Shown one piece after another: positions 39,092 through 50,225 of a DNA stretch of 64,000 bases. The notes beneath the pieces are model-generated. The model was not told the DNA's origin. It did not search any database and saw nothing but the letters and a program-made list of their open reading frames with translations. Within the stretch, counting starts at the first letter, position 1; each line of letters opens with the position of its first letter. The position numbers and the translations under genes were made by a program. Origin of the DNA: Chiloscyllium plagiosum (taxonomy: Eukaryota); NCBI RefSeq assembly GCF_004010195.1, contig NC_057719.1:27415872-27479871 (forward strand), read 5' to 3'.

Positions 39092-40589
39092 TAGAAATGG
39101 ATGACTGCAACTTCTGCTGCAATAAGGGTTAAACAGCCCAGTGGGGTCATGTAACACAAATACAAGTTAATAGAAAATGGAAGCATCCAGAAATCTTCGT
39201 TTCTTTGCTGAGTCTGGGGGTCTATCTCATTATAAAATGGTAAAGGACTAAAAATTCTTAACAAGAAGAAGCACTTATATATAATAAGTTATTTTTGTTT
39301 ATGATGATAATAGGCAAGATTTACATTAACTAATTAGGCACAAATACAACTGTCAGGAGCCAGGAATTCCACATCCATCTCCATTAGGACCTTCATCCAA
39401 AGATGGTGTGAATTCATCAGATTGGTTGAGATTAATGCTACTTCAATGCTACTCTCAGAATAGTTATATAATACATCACATCCCCCAAAGATCTTTTTTC
39501 CTATAGTTCACAATTACACGTTCACGGAATGTAACTAATTTTACATCTACCACTTTCACATCTCCTCCAAACATCTCTGACTTGACAAATGGAGGCAGTT
39601 GAAGATTGTCCACTCTTCCCAGAATACATCCCATTCTGCCGCAGAAGTTTGGTAGGTCTTTGTCTTGAGGATTGTTGATGTTGATTCTGATTTGCTAAAA
39701 ACTATTTCTCCAATAAGGGTTTTATTTTTTATCTCTTGGATGTACTTCAGGAGGATGCCATTCCTGCTGAACCCAGCAGCTGGCCCATTGGAGGACCCTG
39801 AATCTCCTGAATTTCCTTCTCAGGTGGATACTTCCTTGATTACTCAGGAAGTTGCCCCATAAAATCAACTTTATTGCATGAGCCTTAATCTCATGTATGT
39901 CCACCGCAGAAGATGGCTGGTCCATTGAAAACAAGTACTACCTTCCATGCAGTATCCTGGATTTCGGGAGCAAGTAATTGTTATTTGATTTGCAGTGGTT
40001 CTCTCTTATTTGAAAAACCCTCAATGCTGAGATCAGGCAACACTTTCATTTGGACTGTGTTCTGAATTTGGCTTCCATGGAGCTCCCACTCCATTTTGTC
40101 CAAACAAATGTTTACTCTCAATCTGCTGAGTTGAAGTGCATAAGCTCTTTACTTCAACTTGTTAATTAGTTTAGATGTCTTTATTCACCCTCGGTGATTG
40201 TCTTTTTTTGGTGAACTAGACATTTTAGCATCATGAAACTAGAGTGTGACCAGAATATTCCTGTGCACTCAGTACCACCTCCATCACTGAAGCTCATAAA
40301 TTCTGCCCTGAGAGCCTGTCATGGGCCTTTGTAGAATGACTGTACTTCAGTAAGTCATTGGATTCTGTTGGTATCTTGTCATCAGTTTGTTCTTAGGCCC
40401 AGGATCTGTCTGGGAGTCTTTCTGGTTTCTGCTTCCAGCATGATTACAACAACGTCCTCCATTGTTAAGAAATCTTTAAAACATTCATCAATAATTTCAA
40501 CAGCATATTCTGCTCCAGATGTTTGACTAATTTAACTCAACACTAACATAAACAGAGACATGGGGCTCAGCAGTTTTTTTTTCATTTTT

Positions 40590-40905
40590 ATTAATTCACA
40601 GGATAAGGGTGTCACTGGCTAGGCAGCACTTATTGCCCATCCCTAATTGCCCAGAGGGCAGTTAAGAGTCAACCACATTGCTGTGGGTCTGGAGTCACAT
40701 GTACGCCAGACCAGGTAAGGATGGCAGTTTCCTTCCCTAAAGGACATTAGTGAACCAGAAGGGCTTTTCCAACAATCAACTCATGGTCATCACCAGATTC
40801 TTATTCCAAATATTTATTGGATTCAAATTCCACCATCTGCTATGGCAGGATTCAAACCCAGGCCCTCAGAACATTACCTGGGTCTCTGGATTAACAATCT
40901 GCTAA
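40590..40905 (-). mobile_element. tRNA-headed SINE sharing its 3' tail with the second LINE family
   Basis: B-box gggtttgaatcc on minus; tail gggcaattagggatgggcaataagtgctgcctagccagtgacaccc resembles the LINE 3' end at 45450-45510. Confidence 0.75.
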
Positions 40906-41544
40906 CTCCTGCTGATAGCCATGCAACTTAGAATGGCATGCTATGCAATTGGTACTGAGGATCACTACTGCTCTGAATTTCCTTGCACCAGCTCCTTTCA
41001 AACCTCAACTGGGAACATGTGTGGAATTTCCTAATTGGCAGCCCACATCTGCATGCAGGAGGATACAGGAAAGCCACACAGTTTTACTGATTCACCATGG
41101 ACCCACAGAGCCAAGGAGCCCATGCCATGGGATTGGCAGCCATTACTGGATTCCCTCAGGTACAAGGGGCCATTGACTGCCCACAGGTGGTACTGAAAGC
41201 TCCTTGTCATCATCCAGCTGGATTCCTGAACAGGAGGGGATTCAACTCCCTCAATGTCCCACATTTGTGACCACAGGCAACAATTCCAGAAAGTGTATGC
41301 TTGTTATCCAAGGACCTGCCATAATGGTTACATTCTGCACAATTCTTCGGTCCCCTGAACGTTTGCATCTCCCCACCCCATTTTGCTTCCAGGAATGGTT
41401 CATGGCTGACAAGTGGCATACTCAGAAAGCAAGGCTCATGAACTCAGTGCTCAGGCCAACACCAAACTGAATGCCAACTCTGTCCACAAATCCACTAGGG
41501 CCATCAATGATCAGACAATTGGTCATCTAAAAATGCATTTCCCT

Positions 41545-42368
41545 TGCCTGGTCTGGTCAGAAGGAGCACTGCAGTATTAGGATATTGATCAAATGGGTCA
41601 ATGTGCGGAAAAATGGCAGATGGTGTTCAATCTGGATAATTGTAAGGTATTGCATTTTGGTAAAACAAACAAGGGTAGGGTTTAAACAATTAATGATAGG
41701 GCCTTGGGCAGTGTTGTAGAACAGAGGGACCGAGGGGTGCAGATACATAATTCTTTGAAGTTTGTAGCACATATAAGCAGGGTGGCTAAAAGGTGTTTGG
41801 CACACTTGCCTTCATTGATCAGTTGTTTGAGTACAAGAGTTGGGAAGTCATGTTGAGGTTGTACAAGACATTAGTGAAGTGTCTTCTGGAGTAGTGTGTC
41901 GCTCAGTTATAGGGAGGATATTAACCAGCTGAAGAGGGCTTAGAAGAGATTTTCCAGGTTGTTACCAGGTATGGAAGGCTTGAGTTATAAAGAAAGGCTG
42001 GATAGGCTGGGACTTTTTGCATTGGAGCGTAGGAGGTTGAGAGGCGATCTTGTAGAAGTTTATAAAATTATGGTAGTTGCCTTTTCTCTAGGATGGGGAA
42101 TTGCAAAACCAGGGAGCAGATTCTTAAGGTGAGAGGGGAGAATTTAAAAAAGACATAAGGCAATTTTTTTACACAGAGGGTAGTTCGTATGTGGAATGAA
42201 AAAGTGGATGTGGGTACAATTACAATGTTTAAAAGTCATTTGGATATATACATGAGTAGGAAAGGTTTAGAGTGATATGGGCCAGGAGCAGGCAGGTGAG
42301 GCTAGTTTAGTTTGGAACCATGGACTGGTTGGACGAAAGAGTCTGTTTCCGTGCTGTATGACTCTATC
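41545..42368 (+). mobile_element. CR1 3' fragment
   Basis: aaatggcagatgg...tgtaaggtattgcattttgg ORF2 relic and a tail ending ctgtatgactcta. Confidence 0.88.
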
Positions 42369-42519
42369 TACACATGCTCTCCAGAAGCTCAATGACAGAC
42401 TGAAACCTTCGAAGAGGAGAAGGTGGACCAAGCACCCTTCTCCTCAGATGAGAAAGAAGGAAATCTGATGGAAGTTGAGGGAGCCAATGATGACAATGCA
42501 GATGTTGAAGAAGCTATCA

Positions 42520-43920
42520 GAGGTAGGCCATTCAGCCCATCTATCCTACTCCATCATTAAATTGGCTGATGGCTGATCATTTACCTGAATGCCATTTTCC
42601 TGTTCTATCTCCATGTTCCTTCATGCACTTAGTCTCCAAAAACCTATCATTTCCTATCTTGAACACACTCAATGATTGAGATTCCACAGCCCTCTGGGGT
42701 AGAAATTCCAAAGATTCACCACCCTCTGACTGAAGAAATTCCTGCTCACCACAAGTATTAAATGGTTTGCTCTAATCCTGAAATTAATCACCTCACCAAT
42801 TTTACACTCACCAACATGGAAAATATTTTATCTATGAGCCACCCTATTACATCCAGTAACAATTTTCTAAGCTTCAATAAGGTCTCTTCTCATTTTCCAA
42901 ACTCTAGGGAACACACCCAATTTCCTCAATTTCTCCTCATAAGACAATCCCACTATCCAAGGGATTAATCTGGTGAAACCCCTTGCGCTCCCTGGCCATG
43001 ACAAATATATCTTTCCTTCCATAAGGAGACAAAAAACTGTACACAATACTCCAGGTGAGGTCTCATCAAGGTTCTTTACAAGTGCAGTATGACATTTTTA
43101 ATCATCTACTTCACTCCCCCTGTGAAGAAGACCAATCCACCGTTTGGTTTCCAATTTGCTTGATATATGTACCTTCTACCTTTAAGTGACCTGTGAAGAA
43201 GGATACCCACGTCCCTTTGTGACACTCACACTTGCCAGTCTTTCCCGATTTAAGAAATAATCTGCCTTTATGTTTATTCGACCTTCACACATTCACCCAG
43301 CCATGTTCTAGCCCATGCCTCCCAAACATTTCCCCATTGTGACAGTACTTGCAGGTTTGAAAAGTTAGTAACCCTTCTGCGAGGCCTGTAAAAGTGGGCA
43401 ATGGGTCGTCTGTGACAGCATGGGGGTGTTAGAGAGGGCGAACAGTTGGTATAACTCAGACAGAGCTCCATGGTTACCATTGCTGCCTCAGGCTGATGAT
43501 ATTTCAGCTTGTGACACCAATCTGAGTCCCAACCCCACATTGGGAAATCCTGGTCAAACCTAATCACTTAAATTGTCTAAGTCCTCTTGCCGTTACCCTG
43601 GATCCTCTTCATAACTTACATTCTGACCCACTTTGGTATCATCAGCAAATTTGGAAATAATGCAATTGTCGCCACATCCAAATAATTTACATAGATTGTG
43701 GACAACTCTGGAGCTAGCACTGATCCTTGTGGTATCTGACTAGAAGCAGCCTGCCATCTTGATAATGATCTGTTTGTTCATATTCTGTGTTTTCTGTCTA
43801 GTAACCAATTTTTAGTCCATACTGGAACATATCACTCAATCCCATAAACCTAATTTTATTTACTCAGTTCCTGAGTGGGATCTTATCAAAAAGCAAATCA
43901 ACTGATTTTCCTTCATCAAT
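42520..43920 (-). mobile_element. Old CR1 fragment(s)
   Basis: gtaggccattcagccc tail; tttgctgatgatacc (FADDT) on minus near 43640; interrupted at about 43300-43530. Confidence 0.7.
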
Positions 43921-44244
43921 GCTATAATGCAGCAAGGTTATTCATGAGTGCAATATGATGTGTGTGGGCGAGGTGTTTATCCTGAAGCCATCTTTTGTGG
44001 TTGTGTACTTGTCCCATGGCAGCCTTTGAAAGAAAGGTATCAGGCGTGTAGGTTCACTTAGTTGTGAATAAAGGTCAGTGAATTCATAGTGCATGAACTG
44101 CTAAGTGTTGTAGCTTGTTTAATGTTTTAGGTATGAACCCTGACTGATGTTTAAAGGAGTAGCACTATGGTGCCAGTAACACTACACAGTGGTACCAGTC
44201 ATGCTACAGTGGGAGCTGTAATGAACTGTCAGACATTGGTTTGA

Positions 44245-44550
44245 TTAGATTAGATTCACTACAGTATGAAAACAGGGCCCAACAAGTCCACACCAACCCT
44301 CTGAAGGGTAACCCATCCAGACCCATATTTATCCCTGACTAATGCACCTACCACTATGGGCAATTTAGCATGGCCAATTCACCTGGCATGCACATCTGTG
44401 GATTATGGGAGGAAACTAGAGCACCCAGAGGAAACCCAAGCAGACACGGGGAGAATGTGCAAACTCCACACAGTCACCGAGGTTGGAATTGAACTTGGGT
44501 CCCTGGCACTGAAAGGCAGCAGTGCTAAACACTGAGCCACTGTGCCACCC
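44245..44550 (-). mobile_element. HE1-type V-SINE, full length
   Basis: Head, V-domain and (aatct)n tail. Confidence 0.92.
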
Positions 44551-44929
44551 TTGCCTGACACCCAACCCGGTGTGAGACAGTCCTCTGAAGTGGCGACCTT
44601 ATCATTTTAACTCACACTCGCAGAAGCATGAAACATAACTTGACAGAGCACAGCAGATCATTTATCTGCTTGTGGCACTACAGTCAGCTTCTCTTGAGGC
44701 ATCAACAGGCTCTGACCTCTGCAGCCATCTTGTCCAAGCTGCCTTTGTCTGTCAGGAAGGTCTCCTGTTGTCATCCATCAGAAAACAAACTTCCCTTTTT
44801 TCCTGGTCAGCCCTCATGAGAACCTCTAGGGAGATGTCCCTACTTTTTGCCCTGCCTCTGACATCTCCAGAGGCAGATGATGAGCAGAGGTTGAGTAATG
44901 TGCCAGGATTCCGCAAGCAAAGTGCTGTC

Positions 44930-45512
44930 TATGAACCGTTCAATATGGCTTCTAGAAGTTAGAGCCAGGAAGATCCCAGCAGAATGTCCTGCCAAGTTAC
45001 CCATAAAATTTGAGTTATTTACTTGCGGGTTACTCCCCCCTGCCTGGGTGGGTGCAACTCCAACAGCACTCAAGAAGATTGGCATCACCCAGGACAAAGC
45101 AGTCCTCCTGGTTGGCATCACATTCACAAACATCCAGTTCCTCCACCACCAACGTTCAGGAGCAGTAACGTGTGCCATCTACAAGATGCACAAGGTGCAC
45201 TGCAGAAATTCAGCAAGGCTCCTTGGACAGCACCCTCCAAACCAACAGTTACTAGCATCTAGGAAGACAAGGGCAGCAGATAGGTGAGAACACCACCACC
45301 TGCAAGTTCACTATTCTGACTTGGAAATATACCGCTGCACCATGACGACCACTGGGTCAGAAACCCAGAACTCCCCTGGCAGCATTGTGTGTCGATCTAC
45401 AGCAAACAGATTGCAGCAGTTCAGGAAGGCAGGTCACCACCTCCTTCTAAAGGGCAATCAGAAATGGGATAGGAATGCAGGCCCAGCCAGTGATGCCCAC
45501 GTCCCATGAATG
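44930..45512 (+). mobile_element. CR1/L2-group LINE (second family) 3' end
   Basis: AWVGATPTALKKI..IQFLHHQRSGAVTCAIYKMH; tail caccacctccttctaaagggcaat...gatgcccacgtcccatgaat. Confidence 0.8.
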
Positions 45513-46176
45513 TTTCCTCACACTTTAAGACTGTACTAAAGCAATTCTGTACGAAGTTCTTCCAACAAAGCTTTAAGTTCTGTTAACTAACAATACTGTA
45601 TAGTGTGACTTTTTTATGCTTTAAATTCTACTCAATAGTAATATGGTATACCTGCCAGTGACTACTTAGAAAACAACCCAAAATCCTAATTATAGTCATT
45701 TCTGTGGGTCAAGGTGAGTTGAGAACACTCCACTGGCCTCCAGAAATTTCTCTAGGCCCTCTGATGGCCATTGTTGTTCTTCCATCCACACAGGGATTAT
45801 CTTCCGCTGTTGCAGACCTATCACTAGCCTTAGTGCCATTACAGCCACTCTAAGGATCTGGGCATGGTCATTGGTATCAGCATGCCGGCTCTAGATCTGA
45901 GAAGTCCATGCAGCCAGAAAGGAAATTCAATGGACCAGAGCCTGCCACCCCTTCCTCTTGATGTTGCTGCAGTGCTGACTACAACCTCCAGGCTAATAAA
46001 CACCAGACATACACTCGAGTTTAAAATATTTTCCTCTGGAACAAGCAAGCCTGGTTACAATGCTTTCCGAATTCTTCACCCGAGATGTGGACCTGAAGCA
46101 AACTTTCCCCACAGAGTCACTTGATGGCAGTGTTGGACAATAGTTACCTCTGAATTTCAGTGACTAAACGATATAG

Positions 46177-46383
46177 TTTGGAGATGCCGGTGTTGGACTG
46201 GGATGTATAAAGTTAAAAATCACACAACACCAGGTTATAATCCAACAGGTTTAATTGGAAGCACTAGCTTTTGGAGCGACACTCCTTCACCACAATCACC
46301 TGATGAAGGAGCGGCGCTCCGAAAGCTAGTGCTTCCAATTAAACCTGTTGGATTATAACCTGGTGTTGTGTGATTTTTAACTT
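46177..46383. mobile_element. Inverted dimer of Penelope family A terminal repeats with a 64-bp perfect stem
   Basis: 46208-46271 is the exact reverse complement of 46322-46385; imperfect 12-bp TSD taaacgatatag / taaatgacatag. Confidence 0.88.
46297..46331 (+). ncRNA. Minimal type I hammerhead ribozyme motif (family A), intact
   Basis: cac-CTGATGA-a-ggagc-ggc-gctcc-GAAA-gc-TA-gtg. Confidence 0.8.
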
Positions 46384-46569
46384 TAAATGACATAGAGTTT
46401 CAAACTTACACAAAGACATCAAAAAGGCATTCCTTATAATATTACAGCAGAACCAAAGAAATGGACACTTGCCAGAAAAGGCGACCTACAACAAATGGAT
46501 ACTTACTCAGAGGCTTCAATAATGTCCATGGCGAAATAAAGAAGATTATAAACAAACCCTGAATACCCA

Positions 46570-49500
46570 ACAGGATCAGTCAGATAGATGGGTGACCATC
46601 AGGAAAGGTAAGGAGGTAGTTCAGAATTCTCCTGCAGTTTTCCTCTCTCAAACAGATATTCAGTTTTGGATACTGTTGAAAAGGACAGTCTCTCAGGAAA
46701 ATAGAAGAGGCAGTCAGATTTTTGGCACTACGAATGAATTTTATGTTTGACAGGGTTTGACAAAATTTAAAAGAATAATTATGATTGGAATGCTCCTGTC
46801 AGGGGTACAGATAGGAGATTCTGTGACATTAAGTGTGAATTGAGGATAATATGTTGCTTTCCTGGTGCCAGGATTAGGGACGTCTCAAAATGTTTGAAAC
46901 TTATAGGTCGTTCTGCTATAACATGACAGTTGCATTTCTCTACAACCGCTCTATAGAAAATCAGGATATGGAAAACCATTATAGAAAATCGCACTGTAGA
47001 AGTTTGCTATAGAAAACCGCCATACCCATTCAGTAGAAAGTTCACGTTGTCAAACAACGTCCACAATTCATCAATCATGTTATAGCCAATTCGCCTTGAC
47101 GAAATGCACGTTATACCACAATGACCTGCGTTGTCAAAAGTGAGAGTTATTGTACACATTGGTAGGAATGACATAGTTAGGGAAACGATTAAGGCTGCAC
47201 AGAGTGGACATAAGAGGTTCAAAATAGAACCTCAAAAATGGTAATCTCTGGTTTACTCCCAGGCTCGAATGAGGGAAGGAATAAAAGGATAAAGGATAAA
47301 TGCTATAAATCAATGACCAAACAAGTGGTGTAATGTTTGGGGATTTAGGTTCTTGGATCATGGAAAAGACCTGTTCAAAAAGAATGAGTTTCACCTGTAC
47401 TAGAAAGGGACCAATATCCTACAAGGAGATTCGCTAATTCTGTAAATTCTTAGAGGGGTGGGTGGAGGGATCCTAAGTAGCAGACTAAAAAGAAACATAG
47501 GTGAGGATGTTTTTGAACTTGAAAAGAATAACTAATTAGAAAAAAACAGACAAGTGCAAGTTAGAGAATGAAGTAACTCTGAAGAATTGAACTGCATCTC
47601 TTTCAATGCAAGTAGTCTCACAGGTAAGACTGATGACTTAAGGTATGTTTGGGAACATGGGATTGGGACATCATAGCTATTACAGAAACTCGGCTGAGGG
47701 ATGGACAGGACTGGTAGCTCAATGTTCCAAATTTCAGATGCCATAGGAAGGATAGAAAGGGAGACAAAAGAGGAGAGGGCTGGTCATTTTTGATTAAAGT
47801 ACACATTACTGCTGTACCTAGAGGAGATATTTCTGAAAATTTATCCATGGAAACTTTATGGGTTGAAATTAGAAATAAGAAAGGATTGATCACATTGATG
47901 GGATTGTACTCTAGACCACCCAATATTCAGTGGGAAACCGATGAACAAATATGGAGAGAAATTTCAGATATATGTTAGAATAATAAGGTTGTAAAAGCAG
48001 GTGATTTTAATTTTCCAAACATTGACTGGGGCTACCATAGTGTTAAAGGATTGGATGGTGAAGAATTTGTTAAATATGTTCAAGAAAATTTTCTTTATCA
48101 ATGTGTAAATGTTCCAACTGGGGAAGGAGCAAAACTTGACCTTCTCTTGGGTAATAAGACAGGGTAAGTGACTGAAGTGATAGGAGGGGAACACATTGAA
48201 TCTAGTGATCATAATTCTATTAGTTTTTAAATAGTTATGAGAAAGTGTACGCCTTCCATAAAAGCTAAAGTTTTCCATTGGAGTAAGGCAAATTTTACTG
48301 GTATAAGACAAGAACTTTCAAAGGTTGATTGGAGTAGACTGTTCACAGGTAAAAGGATGTCTGATAAATGGGAGGCTTTTAAAGTGTGGTAATGAGAGGT
48401 GAGAGTTGGAGTGAAAGGTAAAGCTTGTGGGATTAAAGAACAATGGATGAAAGAAAAGAATTGAGGTTCTTGTCAAGAATAAAAAAGAATAATGCATTAA
48501 ATATAGACAACTGGGTTTAAAATGAATTTCTTGAATAGTACAAAGAATGTCGGGGCATTCTAATGAGGAAGATCAGGAAGACAAAGAGGGCACATGAGAT
48601 AGCCTTGGCAGGTAAGGTTAAGGATAAGCCAAACAGAGTCTACAAGTACACTCAGAGCAAGAGAATAACTATGAAGAGAACTAGGGCCTTTTAAAGGTCA
48701 AAGATGTCGTCTGTGCTGAACCTCAGGAGATGGGAGTGATGTTAAATGAATATTTTGAGTCAGTTTTACTGTGGAGAAAGAAATTGAAGCTAGACAACTC
48801 AGGGAAATAAATATTAAATCTTTGAAAATAGTTCACATTACAGAATAGGAAGTGCTGGAGATTTTAGAAAATGTAAACGTGAATAAATCTCCAGGACCTG
48901 ATCCAGTGTTACCTGGGAGGTTGTGGGAAGTCAGGGAGGAAATTGTGGGTGCTCCTTGTGAAAATACTTCTACCATCTAAACTGTGGGTGATGTGCCAGA
49001 TGACTGGAGAATGACTAGTGTGCTCTTTAAGGAGAAGCCTGGGAACTATAGACCTGTGAGTCTGACTTCGGTGCTGGGTAAGTTGTTTGATTCTGAAAAA
49101 TGTGATTTATATGTATTTGGAATGGCAAATAATTATTAGGGCTAGTCAACATGGTTTGTGTGAGGGAAATTATGTCTCAAACTTGATTAAGCTTTTTGAG
49201 AAAGTAACCAAGAAGATTGATGAAGGCAGAGCAGTAGACATTATTTACATGGACTTTAGTAAAGCCTTGGACAAGGTTTCACATGGCAAACTAATTAGTA
49301 AAGTTAGATCACAAGGGATTCAGGGTGATCTTGCTAATTGGTTACAAAATCCGCTTAATGGCAGGAGAGAGAGAGTGGAGGTTTGTTTTTTGGACTGGAG
49401 GCCTATTACCAGTGGTGTTCCACAGGGGATCAGTGCTGGGTCCACTTTTGTTTGTCATTTATATGAATGGTTTAGATGAAATATTGAAGGCATGGTTAGT

Positions 49501-50225
49501 AAGCTTATAGCTGACACCAAAATTGGTGGTATCATGGACAGTGAAGAAGATTATCTAAGGTTACAAAGAGATCTTGATCAAATGGGTTGAGGGTGGAGGA
49601 GTGGCTGTTGAAGTTTAATTTGGATAAATGTGAGGTAATGCTGTTTGATAAAACAAACAAGGTCAGGACTTATACAATTAAAAGTAGTGCCTTGGGTAGT
49701 GCTGGAGAACAGAGCACCTAAGGATTCATCTATATAATTCTTTGAAGTTTGCGTCCCATGCAGACAGGGTGATTAAAAAGGCATTTGACACTTGTCTTCA
49801 TTACTCAGACCTTTGGGTATAGGAGTTGATAGTTATGTTGAGGTTGTTGTACAGGATGTTGGTGAGGCCTTGTCTGGAAGTATCATGTACAGTTCAGGTC
49901 AGCCTGTTATAGAAGGATATTATTAAGCTGGAGAGGATTCAGAAATGATTTACCAGGATGTTGCCGGGAATGGAGGGCTGGAGTTATAGGCTGGGACTTT
50001 TTACACTTGAGCATAGGAGATTGAGGGATTACCTTATAGAGATTTATAAAATCATGAGGTGTAAAGCTAATATCATTTTCCTAGGTTCAGGGATTTCAAA
50101 CCTTGGGGGCATATTTTTAAGATGAGAGGAGAAAGATTTAAAAGAGATATGAGGGTCAATTGTTTTATACAGGGAGTGGTTCATGTGTGGAATGACCATC
50201 CAGAGGAAGTGATGGATGTGGGTCC
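46570..50225 (+). mobile_element. Long, old CR1 LINE (ORF1 relic, APE, RT)
   Basis: ORF1 WVTIRKG..PLSNRYSVLDT and VHIGRNDI; APE WVEIRNKKG..GLYSRPPN; RT DFSKALDKVSH. Heavily mutated. Confidence 0.88.
46904..47128. mobile_element. Tc1/mariner superfamily (pogo/Tigger-like) MITE inserted in CR1 ORF1
   Basis: TIRs taggtcgttctgctataac / gttataccacaatgacctg (15 of 19 complementary), TA on the left flank, internal tatagaaaa repeats. Confidence 0.7.

Larger units (their letters stand above)
40925..44900. mobile_element. PIF/Harbinger transposon relic: transposase (+, 40925-41540) and Myb/SANT-like gene (-, 44600-44870), split by later insertions
   Basis: ITTALNFLA, SFQTSTGNMCGIS, AITGFPQVQGAIDCPQVVLKAP and FLNRRGFNSLNV (HARBI1-type DDE); SLEVLMRADQEKREV...QTKAAW...CHKQINDL on minus. 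Confidence 0.75.
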
